Below, piece by piece: positions 27,966 through 39,031 of a DNA stretch of 64,000 bases. Origin of the DNA: Bacillales bacterium UBA1709 (GTDB taxonomy: Bacteria; Bacillota_I; Bacilli_A; RFN20; UBA1709); contig DCJD01000010.1 of NCBI GenBank assembly GCA_002317215.1, positions 8,486 through 72,485 of the forward strand, in the 5' to 3' direction. The translations under genes were made by a program, and so were the position numbers. How positions within the stretch are numbered: position 1 is the first letter of the stretch; each line of letters begins with the position of its first letter. The notes below the pieces were generated by a model. The model ran no database searches. It saw nothing but the letters and a program-made list of their open reading frames with translations, and had not been told where the DNA came from.

Positions 27966-28784
27966 ATGAATAAACCAATTATCAAGATTTCTAATTTAGA
28001 TTTTGGCTATACCAAAGATAAACCAATATTAAGTGATTTAAATCTAGAAATACAAAAAGGCAGTTATAATGTTATACTTGGCAAAAATGGATCAGGAAAG
28101 TCCACACTAGCTAAGCTTCTTTTAGGTCTAATTGAAAAAGATAAGGGAGACATTATTGTCGATGGTTTAGAGTTAAATGAGAAAAATGTATATGAGATTA
28201 GAAATAAAATTGGCATAGTTTTCCAAAATCCTGATAATCAATTTATTGGTGCAACAGTTGCAGATGATATAGCTTTTGGTTTAGAAAACCATCTTGTTGA
28301 AAGTGAAAAGATGCAAGCAATTATTGATGATTTTTCTAAAAAGGTAAATATGTATAAATATCTTGATCATGAACCAAGCCATTTAAGTGGTGGTCAAAAA
28401 CAAAGAGTTGCAATTGCAGGCGTTTTAGCAATGAATCCAAAGATTATTATTTTTGATGAAGCAACTAGTATGCTTGATCCTCGCGGGAAAAAAGAAATTA
28501 ATGAACTAATTTTAGAAACTAGAAAGTTAGTAAAAGATATTACAATATTATCTATTACTCATGATGTTGAAGAAGCTATGAATGCCGATAACATCATAAT
28601 TATTAATGATGGAAAAGTAGTAGATATTGACAGTCCTATTAATATTTTTAAAGATTCAAAAAGAATGCAAGAACTTGATTTAGATGTTCCTTTTGAATTT
28701 AAATTAATAAACGGATTAAAAGATGCTGGGTTAAAAATTAAGTCTAATAATTTAGAACAATTGGGTGATGAATTATGTCGATAA
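27966..28784 (+). CDS. ecfA1: energy-coupling factor transporter ATPase
   Basis: ABC ATPase motifs. Canonical position after rplQ. Confidence 0.85.
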   Translation: MNKPIIKISNLDFGYTKDKPILSDLNLEIQKGSYNVILGKNGSGKSTLAKLLLGLIEKDKGDIIVDGLELNEKNVYEIRNKIGIVFQNPDNQFIGATVADDIAFGLENHLVESEKMQAIIDDFSKKVNMYKYLDHEPSHLSGGQKQRVAIAGVLAMNPKIIIFDEATSMLDPRGKKEINELILETRKLVKDITILSITHDVEEAMNADNIIIINDGKVVDIDSPINIFKDSKRMQELDLDVPFEFKLINGLKDAGLKIKSNNLEQLGDELCR

Positions 28785-29626
28785 AGTTTAACCACGTATT
28801 TTTTAAGTACTATCCAAATTCAAGTATGGAACATATCGCTTTAAACGATATTAATTTTGATATTAATGATCATTCTTATACTGCAATAATAGGACATACA
28901 GGAAGTGGAAAATCCACTCTAGTACAGCAAATTAATGCTTTGTTATTGCCAACTAGTGGTAATGTTTTAGTCAATGAATATAGTATTGATAATAAGTCTA
29001 AAATTGTTGGAATTAAGCAACTAAGAAAAGAAGTTGGAATGGTATTTCAATTTCCAGAATATCAATTATTTGAAGAAACATGCTTTAAAGATATTGCTTT
29101 TGGCCCAAAGAATTTTGGTTTTAAAGAAGAAGAATTAAAAGATAAAGCGATTGAATTATTAAAACTAGTAGGCTTAGATGAATCTTATCTAGAAAGATCT
29201 CCATTTGAACTATCTGGTGGTCAAAAAAGAAGAGTAGCAATAGCGGGAATTCTTTCTCTTGATCCTTCTATTTTAATACTAGATGAACCAACTGCTGGTT
29301 TAGATCCTAAAGGAGCAAAAGAGATGATGGATTTATTCGCTCGTTTATATAAAATGGGTAAAACTATTATTTTAGTAACTCATGATATGAATTATGTTTT
29401 AGAATATGCTACTAATGCCGTTGTATTAAAAGAAGGAAGAATTGTTGATATTGATACACCAATTCATTTGTTTAGTGATGCTAAAAAATGTATTGAAAAC
29501 GATATTGATGTTCCATTATGCATTAAATATGCTTCTTTATTAAATTCAAAAGGATTAAAACTCGATATTAATACTATTAAAAATACAAACGATTTAATAG
29601 AACAAATCGTTAAGGAGAAAAAGTAA
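28775..29626 (+). CDS. ecfA2: energy-coupling factor transporter ATPase
   Basis: ABC ATPase motifs and gene order. Confidence 0.85.
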   Translation: MSIKFNHVFFKYYPNSSMEHIALNDINFDINDHSYTAIIGHTGSGKSTLVQQINALLLPTSGNVLVNEYSIDNKSKIVGIKQLRKEVGMVFQFPEYQLFEETCFKDIAFGPKNFGFKEEELKDKAIELLKLVGLDESYLERSPFELSGGQKRRVAIAGILSLDPSILILDEPTAGLDPKGAKEMMDLFARLYKMGKTIILVTHDMNYVLEYATNAVVLKEGRIVDIDTPIHLFSDAKKCIENDIDVPLCIKYASLLNSKGLKLDINTIKNTNDLIEQIVKEKK

Positions 29627-30453
29627 TGAATAGCATTACATTAGGAAGATATGTTCCTGGCAACACATTACTTCATAAATTAGATCCAAGAACAAAGCTT
29701 TTTGGCTTATTTATTATTCTTATTTCAATATTCTTTGATATTGGTTGGTTTCAATATGCTTTTTTAACACTTTCTATAATCGGTCTATTAATAATTTCTA
29801 AAACCTCATTATTTTCAATATTTTCCTCATTAAAACATATGTGGATGATGATGCTAATTCTATTAATAATAAATTGTTTTGTATATAAAGAAGGAATAGC
29901 TATCTTTACTATCAAATCATTTACTTTATATTCTAGTGCTTTGATTAATACATTAGAGATATTTTTAAGATTATTTATGATGATTGCATTATCAACAATG
30001 TTAACCGCAACAACAAAGCCTTTAGAATTAACTTATGCTATCGAATGGTATTTCTCACCACTAAAGGTTATTAATTTCCCTGCTCATGAAATTGCAATGA
30101 CTATTTCAATTGCTTTACGTTTTATTCCAACTTTATTAGATGAAACTTATAAAATAATGAAAGCCCAAGCAAGTAGAGGTGTAGATTTGCAAAATGGAAC
30201 TTTGAAAGATAAAATTAATGGCGTTGTTTCTTTGATTATCCCTTTATTTGTCTCTAGTTTCCAAAGATCTGAAGAATTAGCTAATGCTATGGAAGCAAGA
30301 GGATATAATCCTAGTGGAAAAAGAACAAGATATAGACAACTAAAATTCCATTTAGTAGATTTATTCTCATTATTTGGATGTATGCTAATCGTATTTATTA
30401 CAATATTTACAGTTTATAATGGCAGTTTATTTAACGGATTTTTAAGACCATGA
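29626..30453 (+). CDS. ecfT: energy-coupling factor transporter transmembrane subunit EcfT
   Basis: CbiQ/EcfT-like membrane protein. Ends in a TGA stop overlapping the truA ATG. Confidence 0.85.
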   Translation: MNSITLGRYVPGNTLLHKLDPRTKLFGLFIILISIFFDIGWFQYAFLTLSIIGLLIISKTSLFSIFSSLKHMWMMMLILLIINCFVYKEGIAIFTIKSFTLYSSALINTLEIFLRLFMMIALSTMLTATTKPLELTYAIEWYFSPLKVINFPAHEIAMTISIALRFIPTLLDETYKIMKAQASRGVDLQNGTLKDKINGVVSLIIPLFVSSFQRSEELANAMEARGYNPSGKRTRYRQLKFHLVDLFSLFGCMLIVFITIFTVYNGSLFNGFLRP

Positions 30454-31184
30454 GCAATATTAAATGTATAGTTTCATATAATGGAACTAATTTTAGTGGA
30501 TGGCAAGTCCAAAATGATAAAAGAAGTGTAGAAGGTGAGATTGAACTTGCTTTATTTAAGATATGTAAAGAAGAAATATCTATTATTGGTTCAGGAAGAA
30601 CAGATAAAGGTGTTCATTCATATGGTCAAACCTTTAACTTTAAATCAAATATAGAAATGAAAGAAGAACAATGGTTAAAAGCTTTAAATACCAATTTACC
30701 ATATGATATTAGGATTACTAATGTTGAGTTTGTTGACGATAACTTTCATAGTCGTTTTAGTTGTAAAGGTAAAACATATCAATATATATTGAATCAAGGA
30801 GATTTTGATCCAATTTATAAAGATATCGTTTATCAATATGGAAAGAAACTCGATATTGATAAAATGATTCATGCTGCTAATATGTTTATAGGCAAACATG
30901 ATTTCCAATATTTTTGTTCTAATTCTATTGATGAAGTTAAAGACTTTGTTAAAGAAATATATTCATTTAATATAAAAGAAGAAAATAACCTAATCTATTT
31001 TTCTGTCGCTGGTAGTGGATTTTTAAGATATCAAGTTAGAATGATGGTTGGAACATTAATTGAAATTGGTGCAAATAGAAAAGATGAAACTATAATTAGC
31101 GAAAGATTAGACAAAAAAGGAGCGACTACTACTTCATTTAACGCTCCTAGCAATGGTTTATATCTATTAAAAGTTGAATACTAG
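30450..31184 (+). CDS. truA: tRNA pseudouridine(38-40) synthase TruA
   Basis: TruA motifs (GSGRTDKGVHS). Confidence 0.9.
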   Translation: MSNIKCIVSYNGTNFSGWQVQNDKRSVEGEIELALFKICKEEISIIGSGRTDKGVHSYGQTFNFKSNIEMKEEQWLKALNTNLPYDIRITNVEFVDDNFHSRFSCKGKTYQYILNQGDFDPIYKDIVYQYGKKLDIDKMIHAANMFIGKHDFQYFCSNSIDEVKDFVKEIYSFNIKEENNLIYFSVAGSGFLRYQVRMMVGTLIEIGANRKDETIISERLDKKGATTTSFNAPSNGLYLLKVEY

Positions 31185-32908
31185 AATTTAAAGAAGTTTA
31201 CAAATTTTGATACAAGATTAGTGATAGTTGCAGCAATTTTAGTTGCAATATTTGCTAATAAAACAGCAATTTTTTGGAAGAGTGATAATGATTCTTCCTT
31301 TTTATTATCAACAATATTTTCTATTCCATCCCCAATGACATTCATTGTGATGCCTAGATAAGATTCCTTACCATCTTTATAAGTTACTTTTAAGGAAACG
31401 TTATGCTCTCCAACTTCACTTTCGTGACCAGAATAGTTATCAACAATAAATGAAACATTTTGCATGTTATTTCCATCAATTGCGTCTGTTGAAATCAAGA
31501 AAGCAACTATTTCATCTCTAGTCATTGAATTATATTGATTAATATTTATAAAACTACTATCAACATAAAAGACTGGGAAGATATCATCGGTAATTTTTAT
31601 TGTTACTGTAAAATCGTTTGATGTATTACCGCTTGAATCCGTTACAGTAAACACTATTTTATATTCACCTGCTTTATCACTATTTTTAGAGTAATTATCG
31701 CTTTTTACAGTTATGTTTTTGCTTAAATCTCCATCACAATTATCATTAGCAGTTAATGAATTCATAATGTTGGATAATTTTAATGTGCTAGAGCAAGATT
31801 TTACATAACTATTATTTCCATAAATCAAAGGTTTAGTATCGTCAATAACACTAACAGCGACATTTTTAAAAGTAGTGTTACCTGAACTATCAACACATTT
31901 ATAGACTACATCATAAGTTCCGATTTTTCCGCTATTTAAAGTATATGAATCGCTATATAATTCAAAACCATCCTCTATATCCTCATCAGAATCATAATTA
32001 TCTGAGACTGTAAATAAACTCATAATAGTAGTGGTATCGATATGTGTATTGGTAGTTGCTTGAATAGTTTCAGGACCACTAATTGTAGGAGCAACAATAT
32101 CTTCAACACGTATTGTAATAGTTAATTCACTTGTGTTTTCCGCTTCATCACTTACTTCAAAAGTAACTGTATAATCGCCAAGAATAAGTGGATCTACTGA
32201 TGAATAATTATCTTCTTTAATGGAAATCTTATCACTAATATCCCCATCAACATTATCAATTGCGGTTAATTTACTTTGAATTTCTTCAACAGTAATTGGA
32301 TCATCATAATCAGTTAATAATAAGGTATTTAGTCCTGCAATTGTAGGAGATTCTTCATCTCCGCTACAAAATAAAGTAATCTTTGTTGCTTTAACTTTAT
32401 ATGCATTTGGAACAACAATCCCTTCAATATCATCATAATCTTCTAATAATCCGCTAACTGTATTATCAGATAATAAAGTTTCTTTGGTAAATAAACTAGT
32501 ATTATAAGATAAGATTAGAAAGTTATAAGATAATCCATCGTTTCCATGAAGACCATAAGTTTCTGAAGAAAGAGTAAATGTTTGGTTAGTAGAATAGCCT
32601 TCAATCATCTTAGTAATACTTGTTTGGTCAGTTATTGTGAAAGTTGATGAATATGTATGATTTCCAAAAGATCCATCATAACTTCCATAATAATTAACTG
32701 TTGTTTTAGCATAAGCCTTATCTGTTTCTTGATCATAATATCCAAGATAAACAGTTAAAGGTAAGTCATAATTCTTTCCATAAAAAGTTACTTTATTTGG
32801 GACACTATCAGCAAATACTTGTCTATTTTTATTTCCTGATAAAAAAGAGAAAGCAAAAGCTCCAAGTCCTAAGATAGATAATACAAAAAGCAAAATCTTC
32901 TTTTTCAT
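31181..32908 (-). CDS. secreted surface protein with four bacterial Ig-like repeat domains and a C-terminal hydrophobic anchor
   Basis: Signal peptide. Four repeats of the pattern (D/N)xxDGD(I/L)Sxx(I/V)...G(E/T)Y.V.(F/Y).V.D..GN... Confidence 0.6.
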   Translation of the reverse strand: MKKKILLFVLSILGLGAFAFSFLSGNKNRQVFADSVPNKVTFYGKNYDLPLTVYLGYYDQETDKAYAKTTVNYYGSYDGSFGNHTYSSTFTITDQTSITKMIEGYSTNQTFTLSSETYGLHGNDGLSYNFLILSYNTSLFTKETLLSDNTVSGLLEDYDDIEGIVVPNAYKVKATKITLFCSGDEESPTIAGLNTLLLTDYDDPITVEEIQSKLTAIDNVDGDISDKISIKEDNYSSVDPLILGDYTVTFEVSDEAENTSELTITIRVEDIVAPTISGPETIQATTNTHIDTTTIMSLFTVSDNYDSDEDIEDGFELYSDSYTLNSGKIGTYDVVYKCVDSSGNTTFKNVAVSVIDDTKPLIYGNNSYVKSCSSTLKLSNIMNSLTANDNCDGDLSKNITVKSDNYSKNSDKAGEYKIVFTVTDSSGNTSNDFTVTIKITDDIFPVFYVDSSFININQYNSMTRDEIVAFLISTDAIDGNNMQNVSFIVDNYSGHESEVGEHNVSLKVTYKDGKESYLGITMNVIGDGIENIVDNKKEESLSLFQKIAVLLANIATKIAATITNLVSKFVNFFKF

Positions 32909-33009
32909 TTTATTTCCTCCTACTTAAATAAATAGAAAAAAACTTAAAATTCCTAAATAATATTAAAAATATTAAAAAATGTACCATTTTAGGTACATAA
33001 GTAACAGTT

Positions 33010-33098
33010 TGGCGGAGGAAAAGGGATTCGAACCCTCGCTAGCTTGCACTACTGCTGGTTTTCGAAACCAGTCCCTTCAACCACTTGGGTATTCCTCC
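33010..33098 (-). tRNA. tRNA-Ser (anticodon CGA), type II
   Basis: Manual fold: anticodon loop ttCGAaa, long variable arm, CCA encoded. Confidence 0.75.
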
Positions 33099-33184
33099 GT
33101 TAATAATTATAATTTTTCTATGAAAATTATTCAATCTGTCACTTAATTATTTATAAACTAATATATTTAGTTTATAATTTACAT

Positions 33185-34888
33185 ATGACTTTAGAACAAA
33201 TTCTATTTTTTATAGTATTATCAATCACAATTTTTGCAATTGTGACTTTTATCATATTTACCATCATTACAACTACTACTGATGAGAAGTTTTTAAACTC
33301 ACCTATTTTTAAATTAAAAAATAACTATATTATTTCAATAAACTTTAAAGATAAACAAGTTGGAATATTTGATAAAGATAATTCTAGAACGTTTAAATTA
33401 ACTTATCTAGATTTTATGAATTTAGTTGTTGAAAAAGACAAAAAGATCGTTGAAGAATGGTTTAATAATAATGCGAATAATTTAGAGAATGATGAATCAT
33501 TACTTGCAAGTATTAAATATATTGAAAATGATAGATTGCTTGTTTTAAAACTTAATAAAATAGCCTATAAAGATGAAACACTATATGTTCTTGGTAATCA
33601 ATTTGATGAAAAAACTAGAAAGAATATTGAAGATAGTAAAGAAACAAGTTTAGTTCCAGTTAATGAATTAAAAGAATATGTAAGTGAAAGAATTAAAGAT
33701 AGTAAATTTAAGGGATATCAATTATTTGCACTTAATTTTAAGAATTATAAGAAAATATTAAATCGATATGGAAATGAGATTGCTAATCAATATGTTCTTC
33801 AATTAGCCACAACTATTAAAGAAGAATTAGGAAAAGATTGTTTGCTCTATTCTAATATTGAAGATCAATTCATTTTATATACCGAAACTAATAGAACTAG
33901 AATTAAACAAATGAATTATGCAAAAAAGTTGCATGATATATTGGAAGGATTCTTATATGTTGATATTTATCGATTTGAGATTGAACCAATTATTGGTGTA
34001 TCTTCTTATAAAACATATTCTACTAGTCTAGATGGAGTATTAAACGAAGCTATTATGAGTTCAAGATATGAGAAGGTTAAGATATTTAAGATTTATGATA
34101 GATTAGTATATGAAGGTATCAAGATTAGAAATATTCGTTTTAATGAATATAAAAGAATTAGAGACAATTTTGATAAGTATGTTTCTTTCTACCCGATTCA
34201 TAGTTTAATTACATCAGAAACAATTGGTAACTTACCAAGTGTTAATATTAAAGATAGCAAATACTTTGATTCATTAAAGAAAATGCATGAAGAAGCTATT
34301 GAAAGAGATGATGTTAGAACTTTCCAAAATAAATTATTAGTTACCCAAATTAATAAATACTTAAGTTTAAAAAATCATAGTGAGCCATTATACATATATC
34401 TATCAAAAGATATGCTTAGAAGTTTAATTAAAAATTATCGAATTGAGCCGTCATATAAAGATTTAAAGGTAGTTGGAATTATGATGGATTATAACGAATT
34501 ATTAAATGATTCTGGTGATCTTGAAAACTTAATTAAAGAAGGTAAAAACATAGGTATAGTATTTGGACTAAGCGCTACTGAAACATTAACTGTTAATAGT
34601 ACTAAATTACTTCGTTATATGAATTGGTTAGTCTTACCGAATGCAATTAGTAAAAATATTAGTAACGATGAAAATAAAAAGAATATCCTAAGACAAATAT
34701 TATTCTTTGTTAACAGATATAACTTAAGAATATTTGCCCACAGTATTGATAGCTATAAAGATGCTGCAATACTTAAGGATTTTGGAGTAAACTTTATGGA
34801 AGGAAGTTTACTTGATGATCGTGATAATTTGGATTATAGTTCAATTAGAAAAGTAGCCAAATTAATGGATAAAGAAGAAGGAGAATAG
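33185..34888 (+). CDS. membrane-anchored protein with degenerate GGDEF-like and EAL-like domains (probably catalytically inactive)
   Basis: N-terminal TM. The segment [27 protein letters not shown] resembles GGDEF D-x-D-x-FK-x-N-D-x-x-GH, with the key residues replaced. The C-terminal segment [12 protein letters not shown]...IFAHSIDS...GVNFMEGS parallels the EAL motifs DDFGTGYSS / AEGVET / GCD..QG. Confidence 0.45.
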   Translation: MTLEQILFFIVLSITIFAIVTFIIFTIITTTTDEKFLNSPIFKLKNNYIISINFKDKQVGIFDKDNSRTFKLTYLDFMNLVVEKDKKIVEEWFNNNANNLENDESLLASIKYIENDRLLVLKLNKIAYKDETLYVLGNQFDEKTRKNIEDSKETSLVPVNELKEYVSERIKDSKFKGYQLFALNFKNYKKILNRYGNEIANQYVLQLATTIKEELGKDCLLYSNIEDQFILYTETNRTRIKQMNYAKKLHDILEGFLYVDIYRFEIEPIIGVSSYKTYSTSLDGVLNEAIMSSRYEKVKIFKIYDRLVYEGIKIRNIRFNEYKRIRDNFDKYVSFYPIHSLITSETIGNLPSVNIKDSKYFDSLKKMHEEAIERDDVRTFQNKLLVTQINKYLSLKNHSEPLYIYLSKDMLRSLIKNYRIEPSYKDLKVVGIMMDYNELLNDSGDLENLIKEGKNIGIVFGLSATETLTVNSTKLLRYMNWLVLPNAISKNISNDENKKNILRQILFFVNRYNLRIFAHSIDSYKDAAILKDFGVNFMEGSLLDDRDNLDYSSIRKVAKLMDKEEGE

Positions 34889-34893
34889 AAAAT

Positions 34894-36330
34894 ATGATTG
34901 AAAAGAAAAATGATGCCATTACAAGTCGTGATAATGACTTTGCTCAATGGTATACTGATGTTGTTAAAAAAGCTGAATTAATTGATTATAGCGATGTTAA
35001 AGGTTTTATGGTTTATAGACCTTATGGATATGCTATATGGGAAAATATTCAAAGTTGGTTAGATAAAAGATTTAAAGAAGAAGGACATGAAAATGTATAT
35101 ATGCCAATGCTAATCCCATCTTCTTTATTTCAAAAAGAAAAAGATCACGTTGAAGGATTTGCACCAGAATGTGCAATTGTTACAATGGGTGGAAGTGAAA
35201 AATTAGAAGATCCATTAATTATTCGTCCAACTAGTGAAACGTTATTTTGCCAACATTTCTCTAAAATAGTTAAATCTTATCGTGATTTACCAAAACTATA
35301 TAATCAATGGTGTAGTGTTGTTAGATGGGAGAAAACTACTCGTCCTTTCTTAAGAGGAAAAGAATTCTTATGGCAAGAAGGACATACTTTACACGAAACA
35401 GAACAAGAAGCTCGCCAAGAAGCTTTACATATGCTTGATTTATATGTCAAACTTGGCAAAGAATTATTAGCAGTTCCATTTATCTGTGGTCAAAAAACAG
35501 AAAAAGAAAAATTTGCCGGAGCAGTTAATACATATTCTATTGAAGCATTAATGCATGATGGCAAAGCATTACAAGCTGGAACTACTCATTATTTTGGTCA
35601 AGGATTTGCAGAAGCTTTTGATATTAAATATCAAGATAGAGAAGGAAACTTACAATTCCCTCATCAAACAAGTTGGGGAGTATCAACTAGATTAATTGGA
35701 TCAATTATTATGGTACACGGAGATGATGATGGATTAGTAATGCCTCCATATGTCGCTCCAACTCAAGTAGTTATAATTCCTATTCAAATGAATAAGGAAG
35801 GAGTTACTAAAGCCTGTAAAGATGTATATAGCAAATTAAAAGAAGCTAATATTAGAGTAAAACTTGATGATAGCGACAAAACACCTGGTTGGAAATTTAG
35901 TGAATATGAGATGAAAGGAATTCCAATTAGAATTGAACTAGGACCTCGTGATTTAGAACAAAATCAATGTGTTGTATGTTTTAGACACACTAGAGAAAAG
36001 ATTGTTGTTAAACTAGATGAATTAGTTAATAAGATGCCAGAATTCTTTGAAAAGATGCATAATGAAATGTATGAAAATGCAGTTAAATCACAAAAAGCAA
36101 TGACTGTTGATTGTGATAACTATGAAGAATTCAAAGCAATTATGGCTAAACCAGTAAGTGGTTATGTAAGAATGATGTGGTGTGGATGCAAAGAATGTGA
36201 AGAAAAGATTAAAGCTGATACCGCAGCTACTAGTAGAAATATTCCATTCCACCAAGAAAATCTTTCTGAAACATGTCCAGTTTGTGGCAAAAAAGCTACT
36301 AAACTTGTTGTTTGGGCTAAAGCATATTAA
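34894..36330 (+). CDS. proS: proline--tRNA ligase (archaeal/eukaryotic-type class II, with C-terminal zinc domain)
   Basis: Class II aaRS motifs. C-terminal [18 protein letters not shown]. Confidence 0.9.
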   Translation: MIEKKNDAITSRDNDFAQWYTDVVKKAELIDYSDVKGFMVYRPYGYAIWENIQSWLDKRFKEEGHENVYMPMLIPSSLFQKEKDHVEGFAPECAIVTMGGSEKLEDPLIIRPTSETLFCQHFSKIVKSYRDLPKLYNQWCSVVRWEKTTRPFLRGKEFLWQEGHTLHETEQEARQEALHMLDLYVKLGKELLAVPFICGQKTEKEKFAGAVNTYSIEALMHDGKALQAGTTHYFGQGFAEAFDIKYQDREGNLQFPHQTSWGVSTRLIGSIIMVHGDDDGLVMPPYVAPTQVVIIPIQMNKEGVTKACKDVYSKLKEANIRVKLDDSDKTPGWKFSEYEMKGIPIRIELGPRDLEQNQCVVCFRHTREKIVVKLDELVNKMPEFFEKMHNEMYENAVKSQKAMTVDCDNYEEFKAIMAKPVSGYVRMMWCGCKECEEKIKADTAATSRNIPFHQENLSETCPVCGKKATKLVVWAKAY

Positions 36331-36386
36331 AAATTATTTAGGAATTTGCATATTTTTTGAGTATATATAAGTAGAGGGCAAAAAAT

Positions 36387-36737
36387 ATGCAAATGAAAAC
36401 TTTAGAAGAAAAAGAAGTTAGTAAGATATTAAAAGATTATCGTATTGCCAAAAAGATTATTGAACTATATGAGGATGGAGAAAGTGCAATTGTTGAAAAA
36501 TTAACAACTACTAATCTTTCTAAACTATATGGTGATATTGCATTAATTGATATAATTATTGATTCATTAGATGATGAGATCAAAGAGTTTATCATAAAAC
36601 AATATCTAACAAAGAAGAATGATAAATGGTGGTTAGAATTTTATTCTAAATCCACCTATTATCGTCATAAGAAAAATGCTGTATTATCTTTTTTAGAGCA
36701 ATATAATGCGCAAATATCTAATATCTATTTGCATTAA
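36387..36737 (+). CDS. hypothetical small protein, possibly an ArpU-like / sigma-70 region-4-like regulator
   Basis: The C-terminal segment STYYRHKKNAVLSFLEQY resembles a sigma region 4 HTH. Weak. Confidence 0.25.
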   Translation: MQMKTLEEKEVSKILKDYRIAKKIIELYEDGESAIVEKLTTTNLSKLYGDIALIDIIIDSLDDEIKEFIIKQYLTKKNDKWWLEFYSKSTYYRHKKNAVLSFLEQYNAQISNIYLH

Positions 36738-36781
36738 CTTGCTTATTTAGATAAAATTAATAAGGAAAAGAAGGTATTATT

Positions 36782-37003
36782 ATGAAACATTTTGAAGAAT
36801 TTAAAAAACTTATTTCTAAGATTGTTAAAGATAAAGAAATTAAACCAGAAACTGAATTAAAAAGTTTAGGTATTGATTCACTTGATTTAGTTGAAATTAT
36901 TATGGATGCTGAAGAACAATATGGCATCGAATTCACTAATGATGAGTTATCTAGTTTTGCTACAGTAGCCGATGTAGTAAAAGCTATTGATTCTAAGTTA
37001 TAA
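36782..37003 (+). CDS. acpP: acyl carrier protein
   Basis: 73 aa. GIDSLDLVEIIM phosphopantetheine-attachment motif (DSL). Confidence 0.8.
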   Translation: MKHFEEFKKLISKIVKDKEIKPETELKSLGIDSLDLVEIIMDAEEQYGIEFTNDELSSFATVADVVKAIDSKL

Positions 37004-37005
37004 TT

Positions 37006-37034
37006 TTATTTAGCCGGTTTATCCGGCTTTATTT
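37006..37034 (+). terminator. hairpin agccggttt-atccggct plus T-run after acpP
   Basis: Inverted repeat plus TTTATTTTTG. Confidence 0.6.
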
Positions 37035-38918
37035 TTGATTATGGGACTAATTGATGTTAACAATGTTACTAAGAAATTTAATGATGAGGTATTATTCTCA
37101 TCTATTTCTTTTACTTTAAATAAAGAATCTAAATTAGCATTAATTGGGAAAAATGGAGCAGGTAAAACAACTCTTGTAAAAATGATTCTTGGAATAGAAG
37201 ATTATCAAGAAGGTTCTATTAATATTTTAAAGCATGTTCATATTGGATATTTATCGCAAATGATTATTCATGATTTAAATAATACTTTATATGAAGAGAT
37301 GCTATTATCATTTAGTGAAGTTATTGAACTTTCAAATAGAATTAAAGACCTTTCCATTAAATTAGAAGAGGATCCTTCTAATCAAAAATTAATTGAAGAA
37401 TATGGTCTTTTACAAACTAAATTTGAAGCATTAGATGGATATGATTATCAATATAAAATTGATATGATTCTATCTAAATTTGGTTTTAATAAAGAAGATT
37501 ATAATCGTAAGATTAGTAGTTTTAGTGGTGGAGAGAAAAATAAAGTCGCTTTCTCAAGATTATTACTTGATCATCCAGAAGTATTAATTCTAGATGAACC
37601 TACCAATCATTTAGATATGGATACTATTAAATGGCTAGAAGAATATTTAAGATGCTATGAAGGAGCATTAATTGTAATTAGCCATGATAGATATTTTATT
37701 GATAATGTCTGTAATTGTGTTTTTGAGATAAGTCAAAATAAAGGAGAATATTATCAAGGAAATTATACTTATTATCTAGAAGAGAAAGTTATTAGATATG
37801 AGCAAAGATTAAAACAATATAACTTGCAAGAAAAAGAGATTAAACATTTAAAAGATTTAATTTTAAGATTTAAACCAAAACCTACTAAAACAAGTTTTGC
37901 AAAAGATAGGGAGAAAAAACTAGCTAAGATATTAAAAGATAAGATTAATAAACCAACTATTGAAAATAATAAACTACATATAACTTTTAAAGATGAATCT
38001 GATATCTCATATAAACAATTATTGCTCAAAGATTTAGTAGTTGGATATGATAAAGGATTAAATGAACCATTTAGTATTGAAATTAAAAACGGTAATAAAA
38101 TAGCCATAATTGGTGATAATGGGATAGGTAAAACAACTTTACTTAAAACTATATATGAAAAATTAAAACCAATATCAGGAACAATTACTAAATATCGTGA
38201 ATTAAATTTTGGTTATATTGATCAAAATGTTATTGAGATTAGTTCTAGTTTATCACTATTTGATTATATTAGAAGTTTATATCCATATATGGATAACTAT
38301 CAAATAAGAAGCCATTTAGGAAGCTTTCTTTTTAGTGATGAAGATGTATTTAAAAGTGTGGATAGTTTAAGTGGTGGGGAAAAAGTTCGTCTTGTTTTTG
38401 CTACTCTTCTTCTCTCAAATTATAATGTCTTATTATTAGATGAACCAACCAACCATTTAGATATTGAGACAAGAAAGATACTAGAATCTGCTTTAAATGA
38501 GTTTAAAGGAACTATTATCTTTGTTAGCCATGATAGATATTTTATTAGTGAAGTTGCAGATACTATTATCCATATCACAAAATCAAATACCAATGTATTT
38601 AAAGGAAGTTTTGAAGAATACCAATTATTATTAGATAGTATCGAAGATATTAAAAATAATAAGATTAAAATAGAAGAAGAAAAGAATGATAAAGAAAAGA
38701 GTGTTAAAGTTAAAACTCATAAAGTTAATAAAGATAAATTAGAAGAAAAGATTAAGAAATTAGAAGAAGAAATTGAACTAAATAAATCATTTTTCGAGGA
38801 AGAAGAATATTATACTGATCAAAATAAAATCAAGGAACTAGAAGACTATATTGATGACTTATACGCTTCCTTACATGAACTAGAAAAACAATATCTTGAA
38901 ATACTTGAAAACGAATAA
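37035..38918 (+). CDS. ABC-F family ATPase (two ABC domains, C-terminal coiled-coil arm)
   Basis: Duplicated Walker A/B and LSGGE signature motifs. No TM domain. Confidence 0.85.
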   Translation: MIMGLIDVNNVTKKFNDEVLFSSISFTLNKESKLALIGKNGAGKTTLVKMILGIEDYQEGSINILKHVHIGYLSQMIIHDLNNTLYEEMLLSFSEVIELSNRIKDLSIKLEEDPSNQKLIEEYGLLQTKFEALDGYDYQYKIDMILSKFGFNKEDYNRKISSFSGGEKNKVAFSRLLLDHPEVLILDEPTNHLDMDTIKWLEEYLRCYEGALIVISHDRYFIDNVCNCVFEISQNKGEYYQGNYTYYLEEKVIRYEQRLKQYNLQEKEIKHLKDLILRFKPKPTKTSFAKDREKKLAKILKDKINKPTIENNKLHITFKDESDISYKQLLLKDLVVGYDKGLNEPFSIEIKNGNKIAIIGDNGIGKTTLLKTIYEKLKPISGTITKYRELNFGYIDQNVIEISSSLSLFDYIRSLYPYMDNYQIRSHLGSFLFSDEDVFKSVDSLSGGEKVRLVFATLLLSNYNVLLLDEPTNHLDIETRKILESALNEFKGTIIFVSHDRYFISEVADTIIHITKSNTNVFKGSFEEYQLLLDSIEDIKNNKIKIEEEKNDKEKSVKVKTHKVNKDKLEEKIKKLEEEIELNKSFFEEEEYYTDQNKIKELEDYIDDLYASLHELEKQYLEILENE

Positions 38919-38957
38919 TTGAATATGTACTTATATTTTGCTAAAATATAAGTCGCT

Positions 38958-39031
38958 AGGAGTGTAGTACAATGGTAGTACAGTGGTCTCCAAAACCATT
39001 GACGTGGGTTCAATTCCTACCACTCCTGCCA
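38958..39031 (+). tRNA. tRNA-Trp (anticodon CCA)
   Basis: Manual fold: 74 nt, anticodon loop ctCCAaa, followed by a terminator hairpin (agactcg...cgagtct plus T-run) at 39040..39075. Confidence 0.75.

Noticed and set aside
37035-38918. ABC-F protein as a candidate antibiotic-resistance (ARE) factor
   Set aside because: Its domain layout with a long C-terminal coiled-coil arm fits housekeeping Uup/EttA-like ABC-F proteins. Nothing in the sequence alone distinguishes an ARE-type linker, so I make no resistance claim.
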